Notes: generated by a model not told the origin, from the letters alone. A stretch of 39,319 nucleotides of DNA from Candidatus Woesearchaeota archaeon (GCA_046538795.1 JBKHIF010000003.1:1-39319); one strand, 5' to 3'. Positions 9,657 to 19,150 are shown, counted from the stretch's first letter. A program made the numbers and translations.

Positions 9657-10586
9657 TGTTATCCCGAAACCACTTTACACTTTAAGTTCATCCCATAGTT
9701 GTCTAGGTGTTTTATTTCCTAAACTTATATGCAGTCTTTCATTGTTGTAATATTTCATGTAGTCTGCAACAGAAAAGAATGTTTCCTGTAAGAATTCAGT
9801 CTTATATGTCTCAAAGAATCTTTCGACTTTTTCGTTCGTTTGTGGTCGATTTACGCATGCAAGCACATGCTTGATTCCTAAATGATTTAGCACATTTCTG
9901 AACGCAGTATTTTGGTGCTGGTTATCACATCTGTTTGTATAATATTGTGATCCATGATCTGTCATTATCGCTTTCGGCTTGCCGAAAGCTGCAATGGCCT
10001 CTTTTAGGAGAGCAATGCTATTTTCAGCAGTTGATCTGCTGAAAATTCCGTAACTGGTTATAACTCTTGTTCTGTCGTCTAAGTATACACTCAGATTTTT
10101 ACCAGAAAAAGGGTCATAACTCCAATCTGTGTGCCAAATATCATTTGGATTTAGAAGCTCATATCTGACCCATTTTCTGGGTTTCTGCGTTTTGATATTA
10201 GGTCTGACAAGGCCGTACTTATTCAAGACCTTTTCAATCTGCCTGTGGCTAATTGAAAATCCTTTATTCCGTAATATGTTCTCAATCCGACAGACCCCGC
10301 ACTTGTATCTCCTTCTTAGATCTATAATTATAACTTCACTATTCGTATTGAGGCTAGTCTCTGGACGACCGGTTTTATGGTCTTTTAGACTATCCCAAAC
10401 TTGTTCATTATAAGTTTTTACAAGATTTGAAATAGTCATACGACTAATATTTTGAGACATAGCCGTTCTTGATGTGGAATTTCCTTTGAGATGTTGTTTG
10501 ACGATCCAAATGCGTTTCTTAAAACTGAGTTTGTACATAACATCACCCAAATAGGAAATGTCATGTAAAGTAAAAAAGTGATAGCA
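9657..10586 (-). mobile_element. IS481-family insertion sequence (about 930 bp)
   Basis: Imperfect 23-bp terminal inverted repeats TGTTATCCCGAAACCACTTTACA / TGCTATCACTTTTTTACTTTACA (15/23) bracket the transposase; no target duplication seen. Confidence 0.75.
9675..10550 (-). CDS. IS481-family DDE transposase (possibly decaying)
   Basis: N-terminal HTH; WHTDWS, YLDDRTR, MTDHGSQY, PQTNEKVERFF, YYNNERLHISLG. NEK replaces the usual NGK and RLH the usual RPH. Confidence 0.9.
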   Translation of the reverse strand: MGDVMYKLSFKKRIWIVKQHLKGNSTSRTAMSQNISRMTISNLVKTYNEQVWDSLKDHKTGRPETSLNTNSEVIIIDLRRRYKCGVCRIENILRNKGFSISHRQIEKVLNKYGLVRPNIKTQKPRKWVRYELLNPNDIWHTDWSYDPFSGKNLSVYLDDRTRVITSYGIFSRSTAENSIALLKEAIAAFGKPKAIMTDHGSQYYTNRCDNQHQNTAFRNVLNHLGIKHVLACVNRPQTNEKVERFFETYKTEFLQETFFSVADYMKYYNNERLHISLGNKTPRQLWDELKV

Positions 10587-10619
10587 CTTAAGAAATAAAG
10601 AAAATCACTGCTCAAGCAT

Positions 10620-10836
10620 ATTAGGAATTTAAAAAATTCCTAATCACTTAAACTGAAACTCTTAGATATTCCCACCCTAAAGGATGGGGTATTAAAGCTT
10701 TCACCAAAGACGTGATGTTCTAATTTCAAAATTCACCTTGCTCAAAGAGTACCCCAATAGGGAAAAGGCGAGGTGCCCTAACGGAGTACACCTGCGGTGC
10801 ATTGCTACAGAGGAGTACCCTTTCAGGGCAAACCCT
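10620..10836. repeat. Cluster of palindromes (REP-like and IS200/IS605-end-like)
   Basis: ATTAGGAATTT-aaa-AAATTCCTAAT (10620-10644); TCCCACCCTAAAGGATGGGG (10670-10689); three GAGTA+hairpin units at 10747, 10784, 10813. Confidence 0.55.
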
Positions 10837-10857
10837 AAATTTAGAAATAAACTAAAA

Positions 10858-12291
10858 TCATTTCCAAAATTGTATTTTTTCTGAAATTTTACCTCGGGTA
10901 CATATAGTATTTCCTGAGATTCTATTTTTGTCGTGGGCAAAATTGCTGGCGATACATCCAGGATGTTTATTGCAAGTTTTTATAAAGATGCATGATTTGC
11001 AGGGTTCATCAAGATTAGCAAAATAAGAATTATATTCTTTAGAATTCCAGATATCAAGAATGCTTTTTTCAAAAACATTTCCAAGCTTAAAATCTCTAGG
11101 AGAAAAAATGCAGGGATAAACATCGCCATTATAATCGATATTAAGAGAATGTTTTGCTGCACATTCTGTTTCTGTAAACATATTGCCTATCTGTATGTTA
11201 AATTTTGAAAACAATTTTACGAAACCATATGATGCAATAGTAAACAGTTTTTGAAGAATTGATGTTTCATACTCTTTTGAAATATCAGGTTTATCGTAAA
11301 AATTTCTTATTCCTGTAAATTTTCTGAATTTGAAAAAATTGAGCTTATGTCTGCTAAATTTCAAGAAGGTATTCAATGCATCAAAAGATTGTTGTTTTGT
11401 AAAGGTATATGAGATATTAACCCTTAGACCATTTCGATTGCATTCATCTATTATTTTTATTAAGTTTGAAGAACTTTTTTCACCTCTCATTTCTGTCTGG
11501 CCAAAATCATAACCGCAAACACCAAAATAAAGATCTATATTTTCATCTGCCAAAAAATCAATATACTCAATTATTTTGGGATGACCATTAGTCAAAATAT
11601 CAACTTCCAACCCTTTAGACTTAGCAAATTTAATATAATCAATAATGTTTGGATCGCTAAATGGTTCTCCACCTGATATGGTCACTATTTTTGTATTTGA
11701 CTTAGCAATCTTATCAATTATTTCCTTAACCTTATTTTTATCAGGTTTTATACTGCTATGTCTTATTTTTTTATCTATAATGCATAATTTGCAATCAAGA
11801 TTACAATTATATGTGATATCTAAAGTCATATTTGAAAGATAGAATCTTTTTGGTTCAGAACCAAGCATATATTTTTTTTTTATTTGCCTGTCCCAATCCA
11901 TAAAATGTCTATGCTTAGGAATAGCTTTATCAAAAATCAGCTTAACCCTAGGTTTTGAATTGTATTTTAGATCAGGATAATATTTTTCATAATCATCACC
12001 AACACCTTTTTCATCGACGATTTTTATAAGAGGACTTATAGAATCAAGAAACTTTAGATAATCATTAAAAGAAAGTAGTATTTCTTTTCTTCTTAAAGAA
12101 CCATGATTTTCTTTCAATGTTTTTTTTTCGTCAAGTATAAGCCAAAGAAAAAATGCAGATTCATTAAGTTCAAGAATCTTTATTTTATTAGCACGATAAC
12201 CACACCTAATATAAAATCGGTAATTAAACCCATAAGTAATCCAGTTTATATTTTTACCTCTTTTGACATATTTATAATCATTTATAATCAT
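10858..12291 (-). CDS. Radical SAM/SPASM protein with N-terminal PqqD/RRE-like domain
   Basis: ELNESAFFLWLILDEKKTLKE (PqqD-like), CNLDCKLC, SGGEPF, full SPASM C...GDVYPC...CKSCIFIKTC...GC...C. Confidence 0.88.
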   Translation of the reverse strand: MIINDYKYVKRGKNINWITYGFNYRFYIRCGYRANKIKILELNESAFFLWLILDEKKTLKENHGSLRRKEILLSFNDYLKFLDSISPLIKIVDEKGVGDDYEKYYPDLKYNSKPRVKLIFDKAIPKHRHFMDWDRQIKKKYMLGSEPKRFYLSNMTLDITYNCNLDCKLCIIDKKIRHSSIKPDKNKVKEIIDKIAKSNTKIVTISGGEPFSDPNIIDYIKFAKSKGLEVDILTNGHPKIIEYIDFLADENIDLYFGVCGYDFGQTEMRGEKSSSNLIKIIDECNRNGLRVNISYTFTKQQSFDALNTFLKFSRHKLNFFKFRKFTGIRNFYDKPDISKEYETSILQKLFTIASYGFVKLFSKFNIQIGNMFTETECAAKHSLNIDYNGDVYPCIFSPRDFKLGNVFEKSILDIWNSKEYNSYFANLDEPCKSCIFIKTCNKHPGCIASNFAHDKNRISGNTICTRGKISEKIQFWK

Positions 12292-12336
12292 CAGAAAATA
12301 AGAGGTAATAGAATCTTATTTAAATTTAAGTTTTTA

Positions 12337-13359
12337 TCAAATTATGATCGATAAGGGAAATATTATTATAAGAAACAGAATTATTGCCTGAAACATATAA
12401 TCTGCAAAAATATATATTTTTTCTGCTAATTGTTTATTGTTCTGAAATATTGCAAATAAAAATATCCTGAATATTTTTCTCCCATCTGTTTTTTTTATGG
12501 GCAAAAAATTTAAAAGACCAACCAAAAAATTAAATAAAATCGTCCAAAGCAAAATATCAAGTAATATTTGTAAACCTGAATTATAGGAAAAACCAACCAA
12601 TTTTTGAAAAAATGAAAAACCAGCATAATTTTTACTAATTAATCCTGCCTGCGATAAATGCAAAAATGTCACTTTTTGCTGTGTTTCAACAACAAAATTA
12701 AGATCAAAAACAAAAATAGAAATCAAAATAAGAATTAAAGCAGACATAATATTTGATAATGCTCCTGATGCAAAAATAGATATCTTCTTAGAATTCGATA
12801 ATTTTCCAAAATTATCCAGATCTGCATCAACAAACCCAAAGGGAAAAAAAGGCAAAAGCAAACAGTTGATACCAAAACACATATCATAAACTTTTACATC
12901 ATAGACCCTAAACATCATATAATGAACAAACTCGTGAATTATTACTGCAATAAAAAAACCAAATATCCAGAATGGATACGGAGAATAAATTGTTCCTTTT
13001 AATACAAAAGGCATTATTGGTACAAAATAGTTGGGAATTTTAAGACCTAAAAGTATGCTTATAAATAACATCAGAACCAAAAAAGAACTGATAAAGAGAC
13101 CAAAAAAACCAAAAAAGGAAATATAAGGGTTTAATTTTTTTAATAGCTTGATTACAGAACAAGGCACTACAGATTTATTTTTAAATTTATAATATATCGT
13201 GAAAATAAAGGGAATTTTAGTTAGATGAACAGAATAATTTCCATGTGAATTTAACAGAAAAATCAGACTGATTAAAAGAACAAATATGATAAAGACATAA
13301 ATAATTAAATTCATAACAAAAAGAAATATTTGATCACTTCTTAATCTTTGCCATCTCAT
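12337..13359 (-). CDS. M50 (site-2 protease family) membrane zinc peptidase
   Basis: HEFVH (HExxH), SGALSN, NFLPIKKTDG (NxxPxxxxDG), many hydrophobic segments; alternative start 13314. Confidence 0.9.
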   Translation of the reverse strand: MRWQRLRSDQIFLFVMNLIIYVFIIFVLLISLIFLLNSHGNYSVHLTKIPFIFTIYYKFKNKSVVPCSVIKLLKKLNPYISFFGFFGLFISSFLVLMLFISILLGLKIPNYFVPIMPFVLKGTIYSPYPFWIFGFFIAVIIHEFVHYMMFRVYDVKVYDMCFGINCLLLPFFPFGFVDADLDNFGKLSNSKKISIFASGALSNIMSALILILISIFVFDLNFVVETQQKVTFLHLSQAGLISKNYAGFSFFQKLVGFSYNSGLQILLDILLWTILFNFLVGLLNFLPIKKTDGRKIFRIFLFAIFQNNKQLAEKIYIFADYMFQAIILFLIIIFPLSIII

Positions 13360-13383
13360 TTAAAAAATAAATGACCATTCTGC

Positions 13384-13458
13384 TTAAGTTGTTATGTCTT
13401 GATGTCCATATAATCTTATTTTCCTTATTTTTTTTCTTTTCACTTCTTGCTTTTCCAT
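13384..13458 (-). CDS. Unannotated 24-aa small ORF, candidate RiPP precursor MEKQEVKRKKIRKIRLYGHQDITT
   Basis: ATG to TAA read manually; TATA box 23-32 nt upstream; co-oriented directly ahead of the M50 and RRE-radical SAM genes. Confidence 0.55.
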   Translation of the reverse strand: MEKQEVKRKKIRKIRLYGHQDITT

Positions 13459-13480
13459 AAAAAAGATAAATATCAGATCA

Positions 13481-13490
13481 TTATATAAAA
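13481..13490 (-). promoter_or_regulatory. TATA box for the small ORF / M50 / radical SAM unit
   Basis: TTTTATATAA on the minus strand at the spacing expected for a leaderless transcript starting at ATG 13458. Confidence 0.55.
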
Positions 13491-13550
13491 GTTACTATTT
13501 TAAGAAAATTGAGGAAAAACATTATAATCATTACTATTAACCATAAAAAC

Positions 13551-14087
13551 ATGAAAATCAGAAATATGGTTGTTTATTTTGTTAGGACTGCAGATAAATT
13601 ATTTTCTTATTTTCAATCTTCCAAAACAATCAGAAGAATTCTCTCAAGATGCATAAATAAAGATATTAAATATAGTGATGTGAGCAAATATGATTTTGAT
13701 GCTTTCAGGGACCTTATTAGATTTTCTAGTTTAAAAAAACACAACAAAAAATTTCACAAAAAACTTTTCAAATCATTAGGCGATAATAAATATCTTATCG
13801 TGGCCAAAAAATCAGGTTTCATATATGGTTGTGTAATTATAAAAAAAATCGATAAAAGATCATGGTTTTTAAGCGATCTTACTGTGCGAGGAAGATTTCG
13901 CGGCGCAGGAATAGGAACTTTACTTGTACAAAAAGCTATAAATATTGCCAGAAAAAATAATGCTAAAGAGGTTGTGCTTAAAGTAAATCAGAAAAATAAT
14001 AAAGCAATTGCATTATATTATAAGATGGGATTTAAAACATCCATTAAAATTGATGACGAGATGATTAAACTTGTTCTGAAACTATAA
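13551..14087 (+). CDS. GNAT (RimI-like) acetyltransferase
   Basis: RFRGAGIGTLL acetyl-CoA motif, NNKAIALYYKMGF; ATG 13551 preferred over TTG 13509. Confidence 0.88.
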   Translation: MKIRNMVVYFVRTADKLFSYFQSSKTIRRILSRCINKDIKYSDVSKYDFDAFRDLIRFSSLKKHNKKFHKKLFKSLGDNKYLIVAKKSGFIYGCVIIKKIDKRSWFLSDLTVRGRFRGAGIGTLLVQKAINIARKNNAKEVVLKVNQKNNKAIALYYKMGFKTSIKIDDEMIKLVLKL

Positions 14088-14117
14088 TTTATATATTACC
14101 GACCATTTTTGCATAAC

Positions 14118-15338
14118 ATGAAAAATATGGTATTAAAAAATGCATTTTATCTTTCAGGCTCTGAATTCTTAAGCAAAGCGTTTTTCTTTATATCACTTTA
14201 TTTCATGGCAAGGGCATATGGCCCAGAAGGAATTGGAAAATACTCATTTGCATTTACTTATGGAAGTATTTTTATGATTTTTGCCAATTGGGGACTCAAC
14301 AATCTCATTATAAGAGAATTAAATGATATCAAAGACAGATCGAGATATCTTGGAAATATCTTTTCTCTAAAACTTATTTTTGGTCTGCTATTTATGGGCA
14401 CATCTGTTTTGCTCGCCTTGATTATTCTTGAAAAAGATATGTTTATTCTCATACTGTTTACTGCCGCAATTCTTTTAACAGACAATCTGACTTCAATCTT
14501 CTACTCCATATTTAGATATCAAGAAAATATGCTTCCTGAAGCCACCATAAAGATTTTTCACAACATCCTGATAGTTAGCCTATCATTATATAACATTTTA
14601 TCTGGCAATGAACTTATTTACATATTTATTTCTTTTTTCATTGGAAAATTATTTGCATTTTTTGTTTCTTTTTTAATTTTTTCTCTAAAATCAAGAATGT
14701 TCATTCCTGAATTAAATAAACAAATAATCAAAAAAATCCTAATAAAAGGATTACCTTTGATGCTAATATCTTTATCAGGACTTATTATCTATAGAGTAGA
14801 TATACTCATGCTAAAATTTCTTAAAGGATATGAGATTGTAGGTTTATATGAAGCAGCGTACAATATAATAAGAAACATAGATTCATTAATGCTCTTTTTC
14901 AGTGTTTCATTCTATTCAAGATTATGCAAGATAAAAGATATAAAAAAATCATTTGTTTTTTTAAAAAAATCATTTATGCAATATTTTGTTTTCATATTAT
15001 TTTTCATCCTTGGAATATTACTATTTGGAAACAAAATAATCCTGTTTATATATGGACCTGATTTTTTAATTTCTGTAAAAATACTTTATCTTATTTCCTT
15101 TGGAGCTATATTTTTATTCTTAAATAAACTTAATATTCATTTTATAAATTCCATAAATAAACCGTGGATAAATGTATTGCTTATATTAGCGGGAGCCATA
15201 TTAAATATAATTCTTAATTTGTTATTGATTCCTTCATTAGGATGGATGGGTGCCGCAATTTCATCAATAACCAGTTATATGTTAATCTTTGGTGTATATG
15301 TTAAAATTATATTTTCACAATCATATAAGAAGTCATAA
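14118..15338 (+). CDS. Wzx/MOP-family oligosaccharide flippase
   Basis: ARAYGPEGIGKYSFA, YRVDILML, VGLYEAAY, LNLLLIPSLGWMGAAISS; highly hydrophobic. Confidence 0.9.
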   Translation: MKNMVLKNAFYLSGSEFLSKAFFFISLYFMARAYGPEGIGKYSFAFTYGSIFMIFANWGLNNLIIRELNDIKDRSRYLGNIFSLKLIFGLLFMGTSVLLALIILEKDMFILILFTAAILLTDNLTSIFYSIFRYQENMLPEATIKIFHNILIVSLSLYNILSGNELIYIFISFFIGKLFAFFVSFLIFSLKSRMFIPELNKQIIKKILIKGLPLMLISLSGLIIYRVDILMLKFLKGYEIVGLYEAAYNIIRNIDSLMLFFSVSFYSRLCKIKDIKKSFVFLKKSFMQYFVFILFFILGILLFGNKIILFIYGPDFLISVKILYLISFGAIFLFLNKLNIHFINSINKPWINVLLILAGAILNIILNLLLIPSLGWMGAAISSITSYMLIFGVYVKIIFSQSYKKS

Positions 15339-16334
15339 TTTTTGCTTAGAAACCAGTCTAGTGGGAATTTTTTTTCTATTGCAAAGAGGATCTGTCTTAT
15401 CATATTTTCGAAACTTCCTATATGTGTGTGTCTTGCAGCCCCCGTGGCAAAGATATCTATAACTGCAATTAAGACATTCTTTAGGTATTTTCATCCATTC
15501 ATCCCTGAGATCAACATATTTATCCCAAATTTTCTTTAAAGATAAAGAATTTATGTTTCCAACAGACTGCTCTTTTTCTGACATCGGACAGGGAACAGCA
15601 GATCCATCAGACAATATATAAATAGCATCAACATAACAAGAACATTCGCTTCCCTTTATCATAGATCTTAATAAAAATCCATTTCCATGCTTTTTATCAT
15701 GTGAAATTTGATTCAATGTTTGGTTGTATTCTTCAGGACTAATTTCATAAGATTTGTCAATTTCTGAACCAGAAGACATATATCTTTCAAAAGATACAGG
15801 AATATTAAGTTTTTTGACCTTACTGATAATCTCACCAATCTTATTATAATTTTTCTTTGAAATAAATATATGCAAAGAAATATTAAAAGAAGACAATTTT
15901 TTAATCTTATCTATCAGAATTTCATATGATCCTTTTCCTGAAATTGATTCGAGATTTTCTTTGCTATCAAATTTGATCCTAAGTTCAATTTGTTTTAGTT
16001 TTGCAAGAAAAGCTATCATTTCATCATCTATCAAGAAAGCATTTGTGTATATTATCGGATGCATGTTATTTTTGGAACAATATTTTAAGTAACTTATAAG
16101 CTCAGGATCACAAAAAGGTTCTCCACCCAAAAAAATAATGTTTTTTACACCCATTCTTTTAGATTGGCGAAGTACTGAAAACCAATCAACATCATCACCC
16201 GGGATATTTTTTGAATAACAAAAATCACAAGAAAGGTTACATTTACTTGTAGTGTGAATTCCAACTGATCTTGGGTTTCTTTGGATAAGATAATATGTTT
16301 TCTGAAATATTTTTGTAAAAAAAGTACCAATCAT
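15333..16334 (-). CDS. Radical SAM/SPASM protein
   Basis: CNLSCDFC, LGGEPF, DGSAVPC, CLNCSYRYLCHGGC...DPLC. Confidence 0.93.
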   Translation of the reverse strand: MIGTFFTKIFQKTYYLIQRNPRSVGIHTTSKCNLSCDFCYSKNIPGDDVDWFSVLRQSKRMGVKNIIFLGGEPFCDPELISYLKYCSKNNMHPIIYTNAFLIDDEMIAFLAKLKQIELRIKFDSKENLESISGKGSYEILIDKIKKLSSFNISLHIFISKKNYNKIGEIISKVKKLNIPVSFERYMSSGSEIDKSYEISPEEYNQTLNQISHDKKHGNGFLLRSMIKGSECSCYVDAIYILSDGSAVPCPMSEKEQSVGNINSLSLKKIWDKYVDLRDEWMKIPKECLNCSYRYLCHGGCKTHTYRKFRKYDKTDPLCNRKKIPTRLVSKQKL

Positions 16335-17020
16335 CTCTTTTCACCAACTATAAAATATCCAAATGAAAAAAATTCAGGAAATAATCTATTTATCCTGAAA
16401 AAATTAATTATCTTATATACTGCCACATAAAAAAAATTTTTTTTGTGTCTTGAAATCTTTGAAGGATAATAACGATTAATAACTTTCAAACGATATCTGT
16501 ATTTTGAAAATAATTTTTTTATTTTTTTAAAAGTCACAACATGGAGATGATCTGAAAATATCTTTTTTGTAAGGTGATTCATGTCTGTTATATCAAGAGA
16601 ATTACCAAACAAATAATAAAATCTGTTGATGATATTAAGGCTGTTTGGAACTGTTATAAAAATAAGATCTCCTTTTCTTTGTTTTTTTGAGATCTGATTT
16701 AACATAATTTCAGGATCAACAAGATGTTCCAGAATATCAAACATGAAAATCGCATCATACCTATTAAGAGGTTTTAAAGCAATTTCATCATTAAGATTTA
16801 CACAAATGGTCTTATAACCCTGATTATTTGCAATCTTAATTAAAGCAGGATCATTGTCAAGAACTGTTATATCTTCTGCATCAATCATTTGCAATATTTT
16901 TTCAGAAAAACCTAAATCCAAAACACTTTTGTTTCTTAATGAAAACATTTTGATTATTTTCCTTTTGAACAAAAAGTAATCTGATGTATCCTCATACCTA
17001 TTTTTTTCTTGCATTGTCAA
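16331..17020 (-). CDS. Class I SAM-dependent methyltransferase
   Basis: VLDLG (degenerate glycine loop), YDAIFMFDILEHLVDP, ITVPN. Confidence 0.8.
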   Translation of the reverse strand: MTMQEKNRYEDTSDYFLFKRKIIKMFSLRNKSVLDLGFSEKILQMIDAEDITVLDNDPALIKIANNQGYKTICVNLNDEIALKPLNRYDAIFMFDILEHLVDPEIMLNQISKKQRKGDLIFITVPNSLNIINRFYYLFGNSLDITDMNHLTKKIFSDHLHVVTFKKIKKLFSKYRYRLKVINRYYPSKISRHKKNFFYVAVYKIINFFRINRLFPEFFSFGYFIVGEKR

Positions 17021-18095
17021 CAGCCGCCCTTAATATTCCAAACCCACAATGACTATAGTTTGGATTGAACTCTCCTGAACACAGAGGATCTTTTCTGTTA
17101 GTATCTTTGAAAATATTATAGGTATATACAGTGCATCCTCCATGGCATTTTCCTGAATTCAGACATCCCAAACATTCATCGGGAGTACATTTCAATCGCT
17201 TTCTTAGTTCTTTTGATGATCTCCATATATTTCTAAGAGAATCATTAAAAATATTCCCATAACTAAGATCATCGTGTGCTTCAGGACATGACTTTACACA
17301 CCCATCCTGCATAACTGTTATGTTGTTGTAAAGAGCAGAACATACACCACCATTAACTTCACTATAAAAATCAATAAAATCAGTAAAACCTTTCTGTTCC
17401 CAATATAAAAACAGTTTACGTAAAAAACCGTTCCACTTATCAACATCTAATGCAAACAATTTGTTGACATCCTTGTCTTTTACAAGATGATATCTTTCAA
17501 ATGCAGGAATCATTCCTTTTTCATCACATAATTCAAATATCTCATCAATATTATCGACATTTTTTTTTGTGACAACAGTAAATGACATCATTCTAAATCC
17601 CGCTCTTTTAACAAGATCGATTTTTTCCAGAAGATCATCATAACTCATATCTGGAACATTTTGAAACTCATAATTTGCTCTTGTATCTGTTTTTATGACT
17701 ATTATCGTGTTTTTTTTATTTAATTTATTTAATAGTGCTTTTGTTAGAAAACTTCCATTTGTAAATATGCTTGTTTGAATCTTTAGAGAATCAGTTAATC
17801 TAATCAGATCAAAAAATCTTGGATACAAAAGAGGTTCTCCTCCCAATATATCAATATTTCCAACACCAAGTTTTTTTGCCTCTCTTATCACAGAAGATAA
17901 TTTTTTGAAATCAATACAATCATTTTTTCTTGAAACATAACAATATCTGCATTTAAAATTACACTCATAATTTGGATGTATCATCATAGTGTAAGGTCTG
18001 TCATAATTCTGCTTTAAAAAGGATAATAACCAGGATCTTACTCCAAGCATTCTGTGAATTTTATATAACCACCTTAAAAAATTATATTTATTCAT
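16998..18095 (-). CDS. Radical SAM/SPASM protein (paralog of 15333-16334)
   Basis: CNFKCRYC, LGGEPL, DGCVKSC, CLGCLNSGKCHGGC...DPLC. Confidence 0.93.
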   Translation of the reverse strand: MNKYNFLRWLYKIHRMLGVRSWLLSFLKQNYDRPYTMMIHPNYECNFKCRYCYVSRKNDCIDFKKLSSVIREAKKLGVGNIDILGGEPLLYPRFFDLIRLTDSLKIQTSIFTNGSFLTKALLNKLNKKNTIIVIKTDTRANYEFQNVPDMSYDDLLEKIDLVKRAGFRMMSFTVVTKKNVDNIDEIFELCDEKGMIPAFERYHLVKDKDVNKLFALDVDKWNGFLRKLFLYWEQKGFTDFIDFYSEVNGGVCSALYNNITVMQDGCVKSCPEAHDDLSYGNIFNDSLRNIWRSSKELRKRLKCTPDECLGCLNSGKCHGGCTVYTYNIFKDTNRKDPLCSGEFNPNYSHCGFGILRAAVDNARKK

Positions 18096-19150
18096 CTTAA
18101 TCCCAACTCACACAGGTAATTTGTATAATATGGATTGCTATGTGTACAAAAACATTTTCTTTTCTTGATATTTTTTCGTATCTTATCAGCTTTTGTTCCA
18201 AAAAAAATTTCGTTAAATGATTTATTAAGCAAGTTACCCATTGATTTTGTATTGTTTGGACAATCCCAAAGTTGTCCTTCTGAAGATATTTCTACAGAAG
18301 AATAACCAGCATAGCAAGGGATAATCTCTTTTTGATATTTTATAGCACGGATTACATATTTATAATATTTCTGCCTCAAATAATTTTTAAAAACAATCAC
18401 AGGAGATACTTTTTTTGCATCACCAGTGCGAGATATTTTTTTCATCACCCACAAAGAATCACTTTTGCTGATTGAAAATCCATCATGGGAGTTATCATAT
18501 TCATTTCGAATTTCTGCAAGCTCAAAACCAAAATGAACAGGTTTTATATCGTGTTTGATAAGATGGATTATTTTTTCGATTTTTTTTACATTATATCTTG
18601 ATATGGTAGTATATGTTCCAATCACAAGATTAGGAAATTGTTTCTGCAGTTGTTTAAGCAAAGCGATTGTTTTCAGAGTTTTTTCAAAAACTCCTTTTTT
18701 TCCTCTTATATGATTGTGAGTTTTTTTAGTTCCATCAAGTGATATATTAAGAATGAGTTTGGTTTTGCCAAGAATAACGAGAATTTTTTTTACTTTTGTT
18801 TCTATTATCTTGGGTATTGTTGCACTAACAGGCATATTTATTATTGCAGGATCATTATATTTCTTTATATAGCTAAAAATCTTTACAAGATCGTTTCTTA
18901 AAAATTGATTTCCTCCGGTTATTGTTATCCAGAATGGTTTTTTTCCAATATCTAATATTATTTTTTTCCATTCAGAAGTTGAAAGTTCCTTTTTATCCTT
19001 GCTTTTCCATATACTGCAGGTCAGGCATCTTGAGTCGCATGTTCTTGTGACAGAATACGTGTAATTTATAGGATATGTTAATGCTTTATTGATCTTTCTT
19101 GAAATATTATACAAAATAAACCTAAATGGAAGAAATACATAATTTTTCAT
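18092..19150 (-). CDS. Radical SAM protein with SPASM/twitch domain
   Basis: CDSRCLTC, TGGNQF (variant of GGEP), CYAG...EGQLWDC...CFC. Confidence 0.92.
   Translation of the reverse strand: MKNYVFLPFRFILYNISRKINKALTYPINYTYSVTRTCDSRCLTCSIWKSKDKKELSTSEWKKIILDIGKKPFWITITGGNQFLRNDLVKIFSYIKKYNDPAIINMPVSATIPKIIETKVKKILVILGKTKLILNISLDGTKKTHNHIRGKKGVFEKTLKTIALLKQLQKQFPNLVIGTYTTISRYNVKKIEKIIHLIKHDIKPVHFGFELAEIRNEYDNSHDGFSISKSDSLWVMKKISRTGDAKKVSPVIVFKNYLRQKYYKYVIRAIKYQKEIIPCYAGYSSVEISSEGQLWDCPNNTKSMGNLLNKSFNEIFFGTKADKIRKNIKKRKCFCTHSNPYYTNYLCELGLR

Noticed and set aside
10824-10857. c-di-GMP-I riboswitch (CAGGGCAAACC)
   Set aside because: The downstream GAAA hairpin and GACGCAAA elements are missing and no gene follows in that orientation.
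10701-10940. 79-aa ORF
   Set aside because: Overlaps the rSAM 3' end out of frame and runs through the palindrome cluster.
13384-13458. PqqA / PQQ biosynthesis
   Set aside because: No ExxxY motif and no pqqB or pqqC nearby.
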